A DNA stretch of 64,000 nt from an uncultured Gammaproteobacteria bacterium (GCA_964648865.1 CAZYLV010000005.1:6360-70359); one strand, 5' to 3'. Counted from the stretch's first letter, positions 40,270 through 52,502 are shown. Program-made: numbers and translations. Notes: generated by a model not told the origin, from the letters alone.

Positions 40270-40734
40270 ATGACCCACGCACGCAAAGGGTTCACGCTCA
40301 TCGAGCTCCTGGTGGTCGTCGCCATCATCGGGCTGCTCTCGACGCTCGCCGTGGTGGCGCTCAACAGCGCCCGTGAGAAGTCGCGCGACGCCAAGCGCAT
40401 CTCGGACATCAAGCAGGTCCAGACGGCGCTCGAGCTGTACTACTCGGACAGCCAGTCGTACCCGGATCCGGCCGGCCTGGACGACATCGGCACCGAGCTG
40501 ACCCGGCTGGACGGCGACGGCTTCGCGGCCGGGGATACCGACCCGGTCTACATGGGGCTCATGCCGCGCGATCCGCAGAACACCGGGAACTTCATGTACA
40601 AGTACGCCCGGACGTCGGCCACGGAGTACTCCATCACCTTCGACCTGGAGGGGCCGACCGGCCAGTACCGCGACACCAACGCCGACGACCGCATCGCCTG
40701 CACGGCCACGCAGGACGGCATCGGGTGTCTGTAG
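40270..40734 (+). CDS. type IV pilin (probable major pilin)
   Basis: KG|FTLIELLVVVAIIGLL, RDAKR.SD, C-terminal Cys pair; own TATACT box and GGAGG SD. Confidence 0.9.
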   Translation: MTHARKGFTLIELLVVVAIIGLLSTLAVVALNSAREKSRDAKRISDIKQVQTALELYYSDSQSYPDPAGLDDIGTELTRLDGDGFAAGDTDPVYMGLMPRDPQNTGNFMYKYARTSATEYSITFDLEGPTGQYRDTNADDRIACTATQDGIGCL

Positions 40735-40742
40735 AGCGACAC

Positions 40743-40765
40743 GCCCCGTCATGCGACGGGGCTTT
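40743..40765 (+). terminator. hairpin after the first pilin
   Basis: GCCCCGTC-ATGC-GACGGGGC-TTT. Confidence 0.55.
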
Positions 40766-40770
40766 CGCTT

Positions 40771-41241
40771 ATGAAGGAACGACGCGGATTCACGCTCATC
40801 GAGCTCCTGGTGGTCGTCGCCATCATCGGGCTGCTCTCGACCATGGCGGTCGTGGCGCTCAACGACGCCCGCATCAAGGCGCGCGACGCCAAGCGGCTCG
40901 GTGACGTCAAGCAGCTGACCAACGCCCTGGAGCTGTTCTACGCCGGGCAGAACGCCTATCCGGCCCAGGACGTCGTGCTGGGCGACGCCGGCGCGCGCGT
41001 GCTTGACGCCACCGGGTTCCAGGACGCGCCCACGGCAGGGGAGCAGGTCTTCCTCGGCGTCGTGCCGCGCGATCCACAGCACATCGCCCCGGACCGCGTG
41101 TACCGTTACTCGTGCGGCGCGCCGTGCGGCTCCTACGCCATCACCTTCCGCCTGGAGCGGCCGGTGGGGGACCACCGTGACGGCAACGGCGACCTGGCCA
41201 TCGTCTGCGTCGCCTCGCCCGACGGCACGACCTGTAACTAG
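40771..41241 (+). CDS. type IV pilin paralogue
   Basis: RG|FTLIELLVVVAIIGLL, RDAKRL.D, C-terminal Cys residues. Confidence 0.9.
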   Translation: MKERRGFTLIELLVVVAIIGLLSTMAVVALNDARIKARDAKRLGDVKQLTNALELFYAGQNAYPAQDVVLGDAGARVLDATGFQDAPTAGEQVFLGVVPRDPQHIAPDRVYRYSCGAPCGSYAITFRLERPVGDHRDGNGDLAIVCVASPDGTTCN

Positions 41242-41242
41242 C

Positions 41243-41319
41243 GTCATTTCGAGGAGCGAAGCGACGAGAAACCCCAAAGGTAATCGCCTTTGGGGTTTCT
41301 CACTGCCGTTCGAAAAGAC
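41243..41319. repeat. intergenic palindromic repeat element (GTCATT..GAG.AGCGAAGCGAC family)
   Basis: GTCATTTCGAGGAGCGAAGCGACGAGAAACCCCAAAGG...CCTTTGGGGTTTCTC...TCGAAAAGAC long imperfect hairpin. Confidence 0.8.
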
Positions 41320-41345
41320 TGCAAGAAAGCGCTATACTTCCTGAC

Positions 41346-42137
41346 ATGATCCTCGTGTTTTCCGCGCTCCTCGGATTGGCCTTCGGGAGCGCCATGACGG
41401 CGTTCATCTCGCGGCTGGCGACCGGCGGACGCTGGTGGCGCGGCCGTTCGCATTGTCCGCGATGCAAGCATCCGCTGGCGCCGCTGGACCTGATCCCGGT
41501 GGTCTCGTACCTGCTGCTGCGCGGCCGCTGCCGCTCCTGCCGCGGCCCCATCGGCCTGAGCTATCCGCTCATCGAGCTGGCCACCGCGGGGCTCTTCGTG
41601 CTCGCGGCCTGGGTGCGGCTCGGTCCGGCGGCGGCCGCCTGGGACGCTGCGGCCTTCCTCGCGCCCGGCTGGAAGATGCTGCTGCGCGATTGGCTGGCCA
41701 TCCTGGTGCTCGAGCAGATCTTCCTCTACGACCTGTGGTTCGGCTACATCCTCGACCAGGTCTCGTTGCCGGCCATCGGCGCGTTCCTGGCGATCAACCT
41801 GGCGCTGGGCGTCCCGGCGTCGTCCATGGCCGTCGGTTTCCTCGTCGGCAGCGGGTTCTTCCTCGCGCAGTACGTGGTCTCGGCCGGGAAGTGGATCGGC
41901 GGCGGCGACATCCGGCTCGGGGCGCTGATGGGCGTGCTCCTCGGCTGGCCGCTCCTGGGCGTGGCGCTGTTCCTCGCCTACCTTGCCGGCGGCGTGGTCG
42001 GCGGCGCGCTCCTGGCCACCGGCCGCAAGGCCGTCGGCAGCCAGATCGCCTTCGGGACCTTCCTGTCCGCGGCGACGCTGGTCGCGCTGTTCTGGGGCCA
42101 GGCGGTGTTGGAGTGGTATTTCCAGGGGTTGCTATGA
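41346..42137 (+). CDS. pilD: prepilin peptidase
   Basis: FGS, RSHCPRC, LIPVVSY...GRCRSC, YDL, GGGDIRL, FGTFL. Confidence 0.92.
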   Translation: MILVFSALLGLAFGSAMTAFISRLATGGRWWRGRSHCPRCKHPLAPLDLIPVVSYLLLRGRCRSCRGPIGLSYPLIELATAGLFVLAAWVRLGPAAAAWDAAAFLAPGWKMLLRDWLAILVLEQIFLYDLWFGYILDQVSLPAIGAFLAINLALGVPASSMAVGFLVGSGFFLAQYVVSAGKWIGGGDIRLGALMGVLLGWPLLGVALFLAYLAGGVVGGALLATGRKAVGSQIAFGTFLSAATLVALFWGQAVLEWYFQGLL

Positions 42138-42724
42138 GGCGCGGCGCGCGCGGCTTCACCTTGGCCGAACTGCTGGTCTCGATGAGCATCTTCGCGGTGC
42201 TCACCGCGGTCGTCATGGTGAACTTCCGCGTCGGCGAGCGGGGGGACGAGCTGCGCCTCGGCGCGGCGCGCCTCGCGGCGCTCATCCGTGACGCCGAGGC
42301 GCGGGCCTCCTCAGGCGTCACGGCCTGCGTCTGCCTCACGGGCGGCCCCGGCGGCCCGCTGTGCGGCGCCGGGCGCAGCTGCAGCGGCGGCGGCACGGCC
42401 ACGGACGTCGTGCCCGACGGCGGCTATGGCGTGCACATCGGCCTGGGCGACCCCGAGGCCGTGCTCTTCGCCGACCTCGACGCCAGCCGCACCTACACCG
42501 TCGGGGAGGAGCTCGAGCGCGAGCGGCTCTCGCCGTCGGCCGGCGTCCGTGCGCAGGCCTCGGGCGGCGACGTGGTCTTCGTGCCGCCGCGACCGGAAGT
42601 GTGGATCAACGGCACGCAGGCGCCGACGGAGTTCTCGGTGACGCTGGAGCAGCTGCTCTCCGGCGCGCGCCGCGCGCTGCGCTATAACCGCATCAGCCGG
42701 CGCATCGAACAGGAGGCGCTATGA
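42134..42724 (+). CDS. minor pilin (FimT/FimU-like)
   Basis: RG|FTLAELLVSMSI; YGVH motif. Confidence 0.8.
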   Translation: MRRGARGFTLAELLVSMSIFAVLTAVVMVNFRVGERGDELRLGAARLAALIRDAEARASSGVTACVCLTGGPGGPLCGAGRSCSGGGTATDVVPDGGYGVHIGLGDPEAVLFADLDASRTYTVGEELERERLSPSAGVRAQASGGDVVFVPPRPEVWINGTQAPTEFSVTLEQLLSGARRALRYNRISRRIEQEAL

Positions 42725-43422
42725 CGGGCTTTTCGCAGCACTGTCATTCCGAGGGAGCGAAGCGACCGAAGAATCCCGCGGGCCATCGCTGGGGTGTCAT
42801 CCGAGCATTCGCTGGCAGGATCCTTCGCTGCGCTCAGGATGACAGTTCCGGTCAAGGGATGCTGGAGATGATCATCGCGTTGGGCATCGTCGTGTCCGGC
42901 CTCACCGGCGCGCTGGCGCTCGTCACCGGCTCGCTCAACGCCTCCAACGAGAGCCAGACGCGCGTGGTCGCCACCGGCCTGGCGCGGGAGTCGCTCGAGG
43001 TCGCCCGCAACCTGCGGGACGGTTCCTGGCGCGCGGGTCGGGCCTGGAACGAGCGCTTGGGCGCGGGCAGCGACCGCACCGGGATCCTCGTCGAGGACGG
43101 CGGCTGGTCGTTCGACGCGGCTCCGGACGCCATCGACGAGGACGCCGCCGCGGTCTTCGAGGATCCGGACGGGTTCTACCGCCAGTACGGCGCGGGCGGC
43201 GCTCCGGTCGGGGCACGGACCACGCCCTACCGCCGGCTGGTGCGCCTCTGGCCGATCTGCATGGTCGAGGGCGACGCCGCGACCGTCGCCGCGGTCGAGG
43301 CCGAAAGCTGCCCGCCCGGGCAGGTCGAGGTGGGCACCGACGCGCGCGCCGAGGTGACCTGGACCGTCTCCGGCCGGGACCATGCTTTGGAACTGGAACA
43401 ACAGCTGTATGACTGGCGCTGA
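42721..43422 (+). CDS. minor pilin (PilV-like) with a palindrome-derived extended leader
   Basis: SG|QGMLEMIIALGIV; A..LARESLE..RNLRD. Confidence 0.78.
   Translation: MTGFSQHCHSEGAKRPKNPAGHRWGVIRAFAGRILRCAQDDSSGQGMLEMIIALGIVVSGLTGALALVTGSLNASNESQTRVVATGLARESLEVARNLRDGSWRAGRAWNERLGAGSDRTGILVEDGGWSFDAAPDAIDEDAAAVFEDPDGFYRQYGAGGAPVGARTTPYRRLVRLWPICMVEGDAATVAAVEAESCPPGQVEVGTDARAEVTWTVSGRDHALELEQQLYDWR
42741..42845. repeat. 105-nt palindromic element inserted in frame in a prepilin leader
   Basis: Terminal inverted repeats CTGTCATTCCGAG...CTCAGGATGACAG; contains GAGCGAAGCGAC like 41243-41319. Confidence 0.8.
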
Positions 43423-43990
43423 GCGCGAGCGGGGATTCACGTTGATGGAGCTGGTGGTGGTCGTGGCCGTCTTCGCCACGGCCATGGTGGCGATCACCGA
43501 CATGTTCCTCATCGCCAGCCGCGCCCAGCGCAAGATCCTGGGGCGCGAGGAACTGGCCTCGCTGGCCCGCGCCTCCCTCGACCAGATGACACGCTCCCTG
43601 CGGCAGGGGAGCATCGACTACGCGCGCTACGAGCCCGCCGAAGGCGGCCCGCTGGAGACGCCGGACGACCGGCTCCTCCTGCGCGCCGAGGACGGTACCA
43701 CACGCTCGTACCGGCTGAGCACGGACGCCTGCCCGCCGGACTCGAGCCCCTGCCTGCTCGTGGAGGAGGACGGCGTCGTCGCGGTGCTGACTCCGCCCGG
43801 CGCCACGGTCGAGCGCTTCCAGGTGGTCATCACGCCTGCCGCGGACCCGGACGTGCCGGCGGGCGGTCCCTATGCCTCGGACGAGCAGCCGATGGCCTGG
43901 ATCCATCTGGCCTTGCGCTCCGGCAGCGGCGCGACCGGCGCCTCCGTCCGCGTGCAGAGCGCGGTCACCACGAGACGGTATGTGCGGTGA
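43409..43990 (+). CDS. minor pilin (PilW-like)
   Basis: RG|FTLMELVVVVAVF; C-terminal QP....VQSAVTTR. Confidence 0.8.
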   Translation: MTGAERERGFTLMELVVVVAVFATAMVAITDMFLIASRAQRKILGREELASLARASLDQMTRSLRQGSIDYARYEPAEGGPLETPDDRLLLRAEDGTTRSYRLSTDACPPDSSPCLLVEEDGVVAVLTPPGATVERFQVVITPAADPDVPAGGPYASDEQPMAWIHLALRSGSGATGASVRVQSAVTTRRYVR

Positions 43991-43991
43991 C

Positions 43992-46935
<2,944 letters not shown>

Positions 46936-46967
46936 CCCGGGTCGAGACCCTGATAGTATGGATGCGT

Positions 46968-47228
46968 ATGGGAGCGGATGAGGAAAAAATGGACAGACTG
47001 ATCTCGACGGTCGACAAGATCGCTGTCACGGTCGTGGACCTGAGCGATCGCATGGGCGGTGTGGAGCGGCGCCTGTCGAAGGTCGAGGATATCGTCAGCA
47101 AGGGCTACAGCAGGATCGACGATTTCTTGGTGCTCTTCAACAGGCACGATGCCGAGATCGCCGCCCTACGGGATGCGTACCGTCGACTCGAAGAACGGGT
47201 CGAGACGCTCGAGGGACAACGCGCATAA
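46968..47228 (+). CDS. small coiled-coil protein
   Basis: Heptad pattern (VERRLSKVED...RLEERVETLE); -10 box 8 nt upstream. Confidence 0.6.
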   Translation: MGADEEKMDRLISTVDKIAVTVVDLSDRMGGVERRLSKVEDIVSKGYSRIDDFLVLFNRHDAEIAALRDAYRRLEERVETLEGQRA

Positions 47229-47264
47229 AAAAGACGCCTCGTCACCTGACGGGGCGTCGACCGT

Positions 47265-48401
47265 TCAGAGCGAGGCGTAGAGGCCGGCGGCCTGGACCAG
47301 CTCGCCGAGCACGTGGTCGTGCTCGATGCCGGCGAAGGCGTTGAGCGCGCCCTTCCAGCCCTGCCCGCGCAACACGATGTTGACCTCCCCGGCGCTCGGA
47401 TCCTGCGGGGCGTCGAAGGCCAGCGCGGCGGCGATGCCGGTGGCCAGGTGCGCGGGCGTGATGCCGTCGGCGATGGCGCCCAACGCCGGACGCACCAGGC
47501 GGTCCTGCGCCCCGAGCTTGCGCTTGGGGTCGCGGCCGACGCGCAGCACGGTGTCTGCGAGCGCCGGATTGGCCAGGCGCTGGAGCGTCTTGGCGACGTA
47601 CGTCCGCTGCGCCTCCGCGTCCACTCCGTAGCCGGCCACGAGCGCACGGCTGGCTTCCCGCAGTGCGCCGTCGAGCAGCGCCAGGATCGTCTCATCACGC
47701 AGCGCCTCATGGATGTAGGCGTGCCCGCGCTTGTGCCCGTAGTAGGCGGCGATGGCGTGGGCCATGTTGACCGTGAACAGCTTCTGCGTGAGCGTCCGGT
47801 CGAGGTCGTCGGTGTACTCCAGGCCCGCGACGGTCGGCGGTCGGGGATGCGAGGAACGCAGCGCCCCGGCGTCGACCGTCCACTGGCAGTACTCCTCGAC
47901 GGCCACGAGAAGAGGATGCTCGCCCGAGCGGGGCGTCCGGTTGGGGACGATGCGGTCGACCATGCAGTCCGGGAAGACGGCCGCCAGGTCCGCGCCGTCT
48001 CCGGCGACGAGCCCGCGCAGGTACGTCGAGTTTCCGAGCATGTTCTCGCAGGCGATGACGACCACCGGCACGGGGTCGCTGCGCCGCGCGATGCCCGCGC
48101 GCAGGACGCCGGAGACGGCCGGCAGGGCGTTCTTGCCCACGGCCGTCACGACGATCCGCGCCTCGGCGACGGCTGCCGCCGCCTGCGGGTCCGCAGCCTC
48201 GAGCGCCGTGACGTCCCGCACCCACCGCTCCGCGAGCGACCCGGTGCCCATGATGCGCACCGGATAGCATCCGAGCTCCTGGATCCTACGGACCGTCTCC
48301 GCGTTGACGTCGACGAACGTCACGCGGTAGCCGGACTCGGCCAAGAGCATGCCGATGAAGCCCCGGCCGATGTTGCCGGCCCCGAAAACCACTGCCTTCA
48401 T
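47265..48401 (-). CDS. mtlD: mannitol-1-phosphate 5-dehydrogenase
   Basis: MKAVVFGAGNIGRGFIG, TAVG, IACEN, VDRIVP, KLFTVN, RVGRDPKRKL...RL. Confidence 0.88.
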   Translation of the reverse strand: MKAVVFGAGNIGRGFIGMLLAESGYRVTFVDVNAETVRRIQELGCYPVRIMGTGSLAERWVRDVTALEAADPQAAAAVAEARIVVTAVGKNALPAVSGVLRAGIARRSDPVPVVVIACENMLGNSTYLRGLVAGDGADLAAVFPDCMVDRIVPNRTPRSGEHPLLVAVEEYCQWTVDAGALRSSHPRPPTVAGLEYTDDLDRTLTQKLFTVNMAHAIAAYYGHKRGHAYIHEALRDETILALLDGALREASRALVAGYGVDAEAQRTYVAKTLQRLANPALADTVLRVGRDPKRKLGAQDRLVRPALGAIADGITPAHLATGIAAALAFDAPQDPSAGEVNIVLRGQGWKGALNAFAGIEHDHVLGELVQAAGLYASL

Positions 48402-48460
48402 GCGTCCTCCTGGGTCAAAGAACCCTGCCTGAACCTTACGGACGTGCTATACTTTTGTCC

Positions 48461-48763
48461 ATGAAACTGACCGCAGAAGAACTGGATCGTCTGGCGGATT
48501 TGGCGCGGCTCAGGCTTGCCGCCGAGGAGCGGGGCACGTATCTCGAGCAGCTCGGTGCCATCATCGGTTACGTCGAGTCCTTGCAGCGCGTCGACGTGAC
48601 CGGGGTCGACCCGACCTTCCGCGGGACCGACCTCGGACAGCGGTTGCGCCCGGACGCCGCGGAGGAATGCGACGCGGAGATGCGGCGCGTGCTCTTGGCA
48701 TCCGCGCCGGAGCGGCTCGGGGAGTACGTCAAGGCGCAAGCCGCGCTCAAACGGAAGGGCTGA
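48461..48763 (+). CDS. gatC: Asp/Glu-tRNA amidotransferase subunit C
   Basis: LADLARL, II.YVE.L..VD..GVDPT, LRPD; upstream of gatA. Confidence 0.9.
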   Translation: MKLTAEELDRLADLARLRLAAEERGTYLEQLGAIIGYVESLQRVDVTGVDPTFRGTDLGQRLRPDAAEECDAEMRRVLLASAPERLGEYVKAQAALKRKG

Positions 48764-48764
48764 T

Positions 48765-50210
48765 ATGGCCGCGATGACCGTCGCCGAACTGCAGGACGCC
48801 CTGCGCGCCAAGCGCCTCTCCGCCGTCGAAGCGATGACGGAGACCATGGCGCGCATCGAGCGGCACGAGCCCGCGGTCAACGCCTTCGTCGAGGTCTACG
48901 CCGACGAGGCCATGCACGCCGCCAAGCTCGTCGACGCCGCCCGCGCCGCGGGCGGCGGATTGGGCGCGCTCGCCGGCATCCCCATCGCCATCAAGGACGT
49001 CTTCGTCGACGAGGGGCATGGCGCCTCGGCCGGCTCCAAGATGCTGCGCCGGTACCGCTCGGCCTACAGCGCCACGGTCGTGGACCGGCTGCGCGCCGCG
49101 GGCGCCATCATCATCGGACGCACCAACATGGACGAGTTCGCGATGGGGTCGTCCACCGAGAATTCGGCCTTCGGCGTGACGCGCAATCCCTGGGACACGG
49201 AGCGCGTCCCCGGCGGCTCCTCCGGCGGCTCGGCCGCGGCCGTGGCCGCGGGCATGGTCCCGGCGGCGCTCGGCTCGGACACCGGCGGCTCGGTGCGCCA
49301 GCCCGCCGCCTTCACCGGCGTCACCGGCCTCAAGCCCACCTATGGGCGCGTCTCGCGCTACGGCCTGATGGCCATGGCCAGCTCCTTCGACACCGTCGGG
49401 ACGTTGACGCGCAACGCCGAAGACGCGGCGCTGCTGTTCTCCGTCATCGCCGGAGCCGACCCCAGGGACGCCACCAGCCTCGACGCCGAGGCCTTCCGTT
49501 GGGAGTCGCGCGTCGGGCTCGAGGGCCTGCGCATCGGCATCCCCAAGGAGTGCTTCGGCGAGGGTCTGGACCCGGAGGTCGAGAAGCGGGTGCGGGAGGC
49601 CGTCGCCGCCATGCGCGAGATGGGCGCGGAGGTGCGCGAGGTGTCGTTGCCGGCATCGCCGCAGGCCTTGGCGGCCTATTACGTGCTCGTCCCGGCCGAG
49701 GTCTCCTCCAACATGGCCCGTTACGACGGCGTCCGCTACGGCGAGCGCGTCGCCGGCGACGACCTGATGGCGACCTACGCGGCGACGCGCGGCGCGCTGT
49801 TCGGTCCCGAGGTCAAACGCCGGATCCTGGTCGGGACCTACGTGCTTTCCGCCGGCTATTACGACGCCTACTACCGCCGCGCCCAGCAGGTGCGCACCTT
49901 GGTGCGGCGCGATTTCGACGCGGCCTTCGCCCAGGTCGACCTCATCGCCACGCCGACGGCGCCCTCCGTGGCCTGGCCGCTCGGCGAGAAGTTCTCCGAT
50001 CCGCTGACCATGTACCTGGCCGACGTCTACACCGTGTCCGTCAACGTCGCCGGCCTGCCTGCCGTGTCCGTGCCCTGCGGCCTGGCGCACGGCATGCCGG
50101 CGGGGCTCCAGCTCATCGGCCCGGCACTCTCCGAGCCGACGCTCTTGGCGGCCGCCGCAGCCTACCAGCACGCCCATCCCGCGGGCTTGACCCCACGCCT
50201 GTTCGGTTGA
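48765..50210 (+). CDS. gatA: Asp/Glu-tRNA amidotransferase subunit A
   Basis: IAIKD, NMDEFAMGSSTENS, GGSSGGS, GSDTGGSVRQPA, EVKRRI..GTY.LSAGYYDAYY. Confidence 0.95.
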   Translation: MAAMTVAELQDALRAKRLSAVEAMTETMARIERHEPAVNAFVEVYADEAMHAAKLVDAARAAGGGLGALAGIPIAIKDVFVDEGHGASAGSKMLRRYRSAYSATVVDRLRAAGAIIIGRTNMDEFAMGSSTENSAFGVTRNPWDTERVPGGSSGGSAAAVAAGMVPAALGSDTGGSVRQPAAFTGVTGLKPTYGRVSRYGLMAMASSFDTVGTLTRNAEDAALLFSVIAGADPRDATSLDAEAFRWESRVGLEGLRIGIPKECFGEGLDPEVEKRVREAVAAMREMGAEVREVSLPASPQALAAYYVLVPAEVSSNMARYDGVRYGERVAGDDLMATYAATRGALFGPEVKRRILVGTYVLSAGYYDAYYRRAQQVRTLVRRDFDAAFAQVDLIATPTAPSVAWPLGEKFSDPLTMYLADVYTVSVNVAGLPAVSVPCGLAHGMPAGLQLIGPALSEPTLLAAAAAYQHAHPAGLTPRLFG

Positions 50211-50213
50211 CCT

Positions 50214-50804
50214 ATGATCCGCACCGGTCCCAACCCCAAGCGACGCATCAACACGGCGGTCGGCCGCCCCACCGGCCGCGCCGCCGCCGCGCCATCCGCC
50301 AAGAAGGCGAAGTCGCGCATGCCCCAGCACACCGCGCAGTGGTGGGAACACGAAGCAAAGAAGCGTCCGCTGGTGCGCTGCGGTTCCTGCGGCGCGTTCT
50401 TCCTCAAGGGCCACTGGACCTTCGTGCCGGCGGGCGCGCAGCGCGGCCTGCAGCGGCAGGCGCGCGCGGCGACGTGTCCCTCATGCGCCGCCGAGCGGCG
50501 CGGGCGGATGCCGGGTGCCGCGGCCGGGGAGCTGACCATCCGCGGCCTGGCGGCGGCGGCCCGACCCCAGGCGCTGCAGACCATCGCCGGGTTCGCCGCC
50601 CGGGCCCGCGACCGCAACCCGGAAGCGCGCGTGCTCACCGTGGACGCCAGCCGCGCCGCCATCGTCGTGCGCACCACGCAGAACCAGCTGGCCGTCCGGC
50701 TCGGCAAGACCCTCGACCGGAGCATGAAGGGCGGGGTGTTGCGCATCGCCTATTCCCAAGACGACCTGCCCCTGCGCGTGACCTGGACCGCGCCGAAGCG
50801 TTGA
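50214..50804 (+). CDS. BCAM0308/NMD3-like zinc-finger protein
   Basis: CGSC...GHW...CPSC, TT.NQLA.RLG..L, W near the C-terminus. Confidence 0.6.
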   Translation: MIRTGPNPKRRINTAVGRPTGRAAAAPSAKKAKSRMPQHTAQWWEHEAKKRPLVRCGSCGAFFLKGHWTFVPAGAQRGLQRQARAATCPSCAAERRGRMPGAAAGELTIRGLAAAARPQALQTIAGFAARARDRNPEARVLTVDASRAAIVVRTTQNQLAVRLGKTLDRSMKGGVLRIAYSQDDLPLRVTWTAPKR

Positions 50805-50822
50805 CGGGAAGAAGGAGGACCC

Positions 50823-52502
50823 GTGACACCCATCCCCACCATCCGGGAGGCCAAAGAAGACGTCCGCCGCCTGCGCCAGGTGGTCCGGGTTCTCTTCGAG
50901 GCGGGTTTCGAGGAGCAGCTCCGGCAGGCCGACCTATGCCGCTTGGTGCCGGTGCCGCGCCGCTTCGTGTGCGCGATCAAGCCCGCGCCGCTCTCGCTGC
51001 CGACCCTCGCCAAGCGGCTGCGCGGGGCCTTCGAGGAGCTGGGGCCGACGTTCGTCAAGCTCGGGCAGATGCTCTCCGTGCGGCCGGACCTGGTGGGTGA
51101 GGACGTGGCCGCCGAGTTCGTCGGGCTGCAGGAGAAGGTGCCGCCGGTGCCGTACGATGCGATCGTGGCCGCCGTGGAGCGCAGCTGGGGCGGTCCGTGG
51201 AAGAAGCGTCTCCGGTCCATCGCCCGGACGCCGCTGGCGTCCGCTTCCGTGGCCCAGGTCCACCGGGCCGTCACCGCCGACGGCAAGGCCGTCGTGCTCA
51301 AGGTGCGCCGCCCCGGCATCAAGGAGGAGGTCGTCCGCGACCTGCACCTGGCGGCGCTCCTGGCGCGTCTCCTCGAGCGCTACGTGCCTGCCGCGCGGCC
51401 GTTCCAGCCCGCGGCCATCGCCCGCGAGTTCTCGGAGTGGACGGTACGTGAGCTCGACTTCATGGTCGAGGCCGGACACATCGAACGGTTCCGTGCCGAT
51501 TTTTCCGACGAGCCGCGGATGCGCGTGCCGCGGGTGTACTGGGAGCTGACCCGCGAGGACGTGCTGGTCATGGACGAAGTGACCGGCGTCCGCGTGGACG
51601 ACGTGGCCGCGTTGCGGCGCAAGAAGGTCTCCCGCCCCAAGACCGCGCAGCTCGTGATGGAGAGTTTCCTCCGGCAGTTCTTCGTGACCGGTTTCTTCCA
51701 CGGCGATCCGCACCCGGGCAACATGCTCGTGACCGCGGGCGGCGGGCTGGCGCTGCTCGACTTCGGCATCATGGGCTCGCTCCCGCGTCGGCTGCGCGAG
51801 GAGCTCATCTCCGCGTTCCTTGCCTACTTGCGCCATGACGTCGAGGCCTACGTCAAGCATGTCCTGGACATGGCGCGCGTCGCGCCGGGCGCCGACGTCC
51901 GCGGGTTCGCGCGCGAGGTCCGCGACATCCTGGACGCCGTCATCTACCGCCCCGCCGCGCGCAAGGGCATCCCCACGGCCTTCTACCGTATCGTCATCGC
52001 CGGCGGCCGCCACGGCGTCCGCTTCCCGACGGACCTGGTACTGCTCGCCAAGGCGCTCCTGACCGTCGAGGGCGTCGTCCGGACGCTGGACCCCAAGGTC
52101 GACATCGAGGCCGCGCTCGACCCGCTCTTCGCGCGGCTGGAGCGTGACCGCCTCGATCCGCGCCTGTGGCTGCCCGACCTCCGCGACGAGGCCTATGAGA
52201 CGGCACGCTCGCTCAGCCACCTCCCGGCGCGCACCGAGGGGTTGCTCCGGCGCGTCGAGGAGGGGAGGCTGTCGGTGCGGTTGGACCTCGAGGAGCTCAA
52301 GAGCATGCTGGCGGAATTCGATCGGGAGAACGACCTGCGCGTCCTGGCCATCGTCGCCACCGGCGCGCTGCTGGCCTCGGCGCTGCTCCTGGCGCAGCCC
52401 GGCGCCTTGCCCGGCGGCGCGGCCTTCGGCAAGATGGGGCTCGTCGTCTCCGCGCTCCTCCTTGCAGGCACCTTCTTGGAGGCACGCAAGAAACCGGCAT
52501 GA
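50823..52502 (+). CDS. ABC1/UbiB (AarF) family atypical kinase
   Basis: ELGPTFVKLGQ, ASASVAQVH, KV.RP, ELDF..E, FHGDPHPGN, LDFG; C-terminal TMs. Confidence 0.9.
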   Translation: MTPIPTIREAKEDVRRLRQVVRVLFEAGFEEQLRQADLCRLVPVPRRFVCAIKPAPLSLPTLAKRLRGAFEELGPTFVKLGQMLSVRPDLVGEDVAAEFVGLQEKVPPVPYDAIVAAVERSWGGPWKKRLRSIARTPLASASVAQVHRAVTADGKAVVLKVRRPGIKEEVVRDLHLAALLARLLERYVPAARPFQPAAIAREFSEWTVRELDFMVEAGHIERFRADFSDEPRMRVPRVYWELTREDVLVMDEVTGVRVDDVAALRRKKVSRPKTAQLVMESFLRQFFVTGFFHGDPHPGNMLVTAGGGLALLDFGIMGSLPRRLREELISAFLAYLRHDVEAYVKHVLDMARVAPGADVRGFAREVRDILDAVIYRPAARKGIPTAFYRIVIAGGRHGVRFPTDLVLLAKALLTVEGVVRTLDPKVDIEAALDPLFARLERDRLDPRLWLPDLRDEAYETARSLSHLPARTEGLLRRVEEGRLSVRLDLEELKSMLAEFDRENDLRVLAIVATGALLASALLLAQPGALPGGAAFGKMGLVVSALLLAGTFLEARKKPA

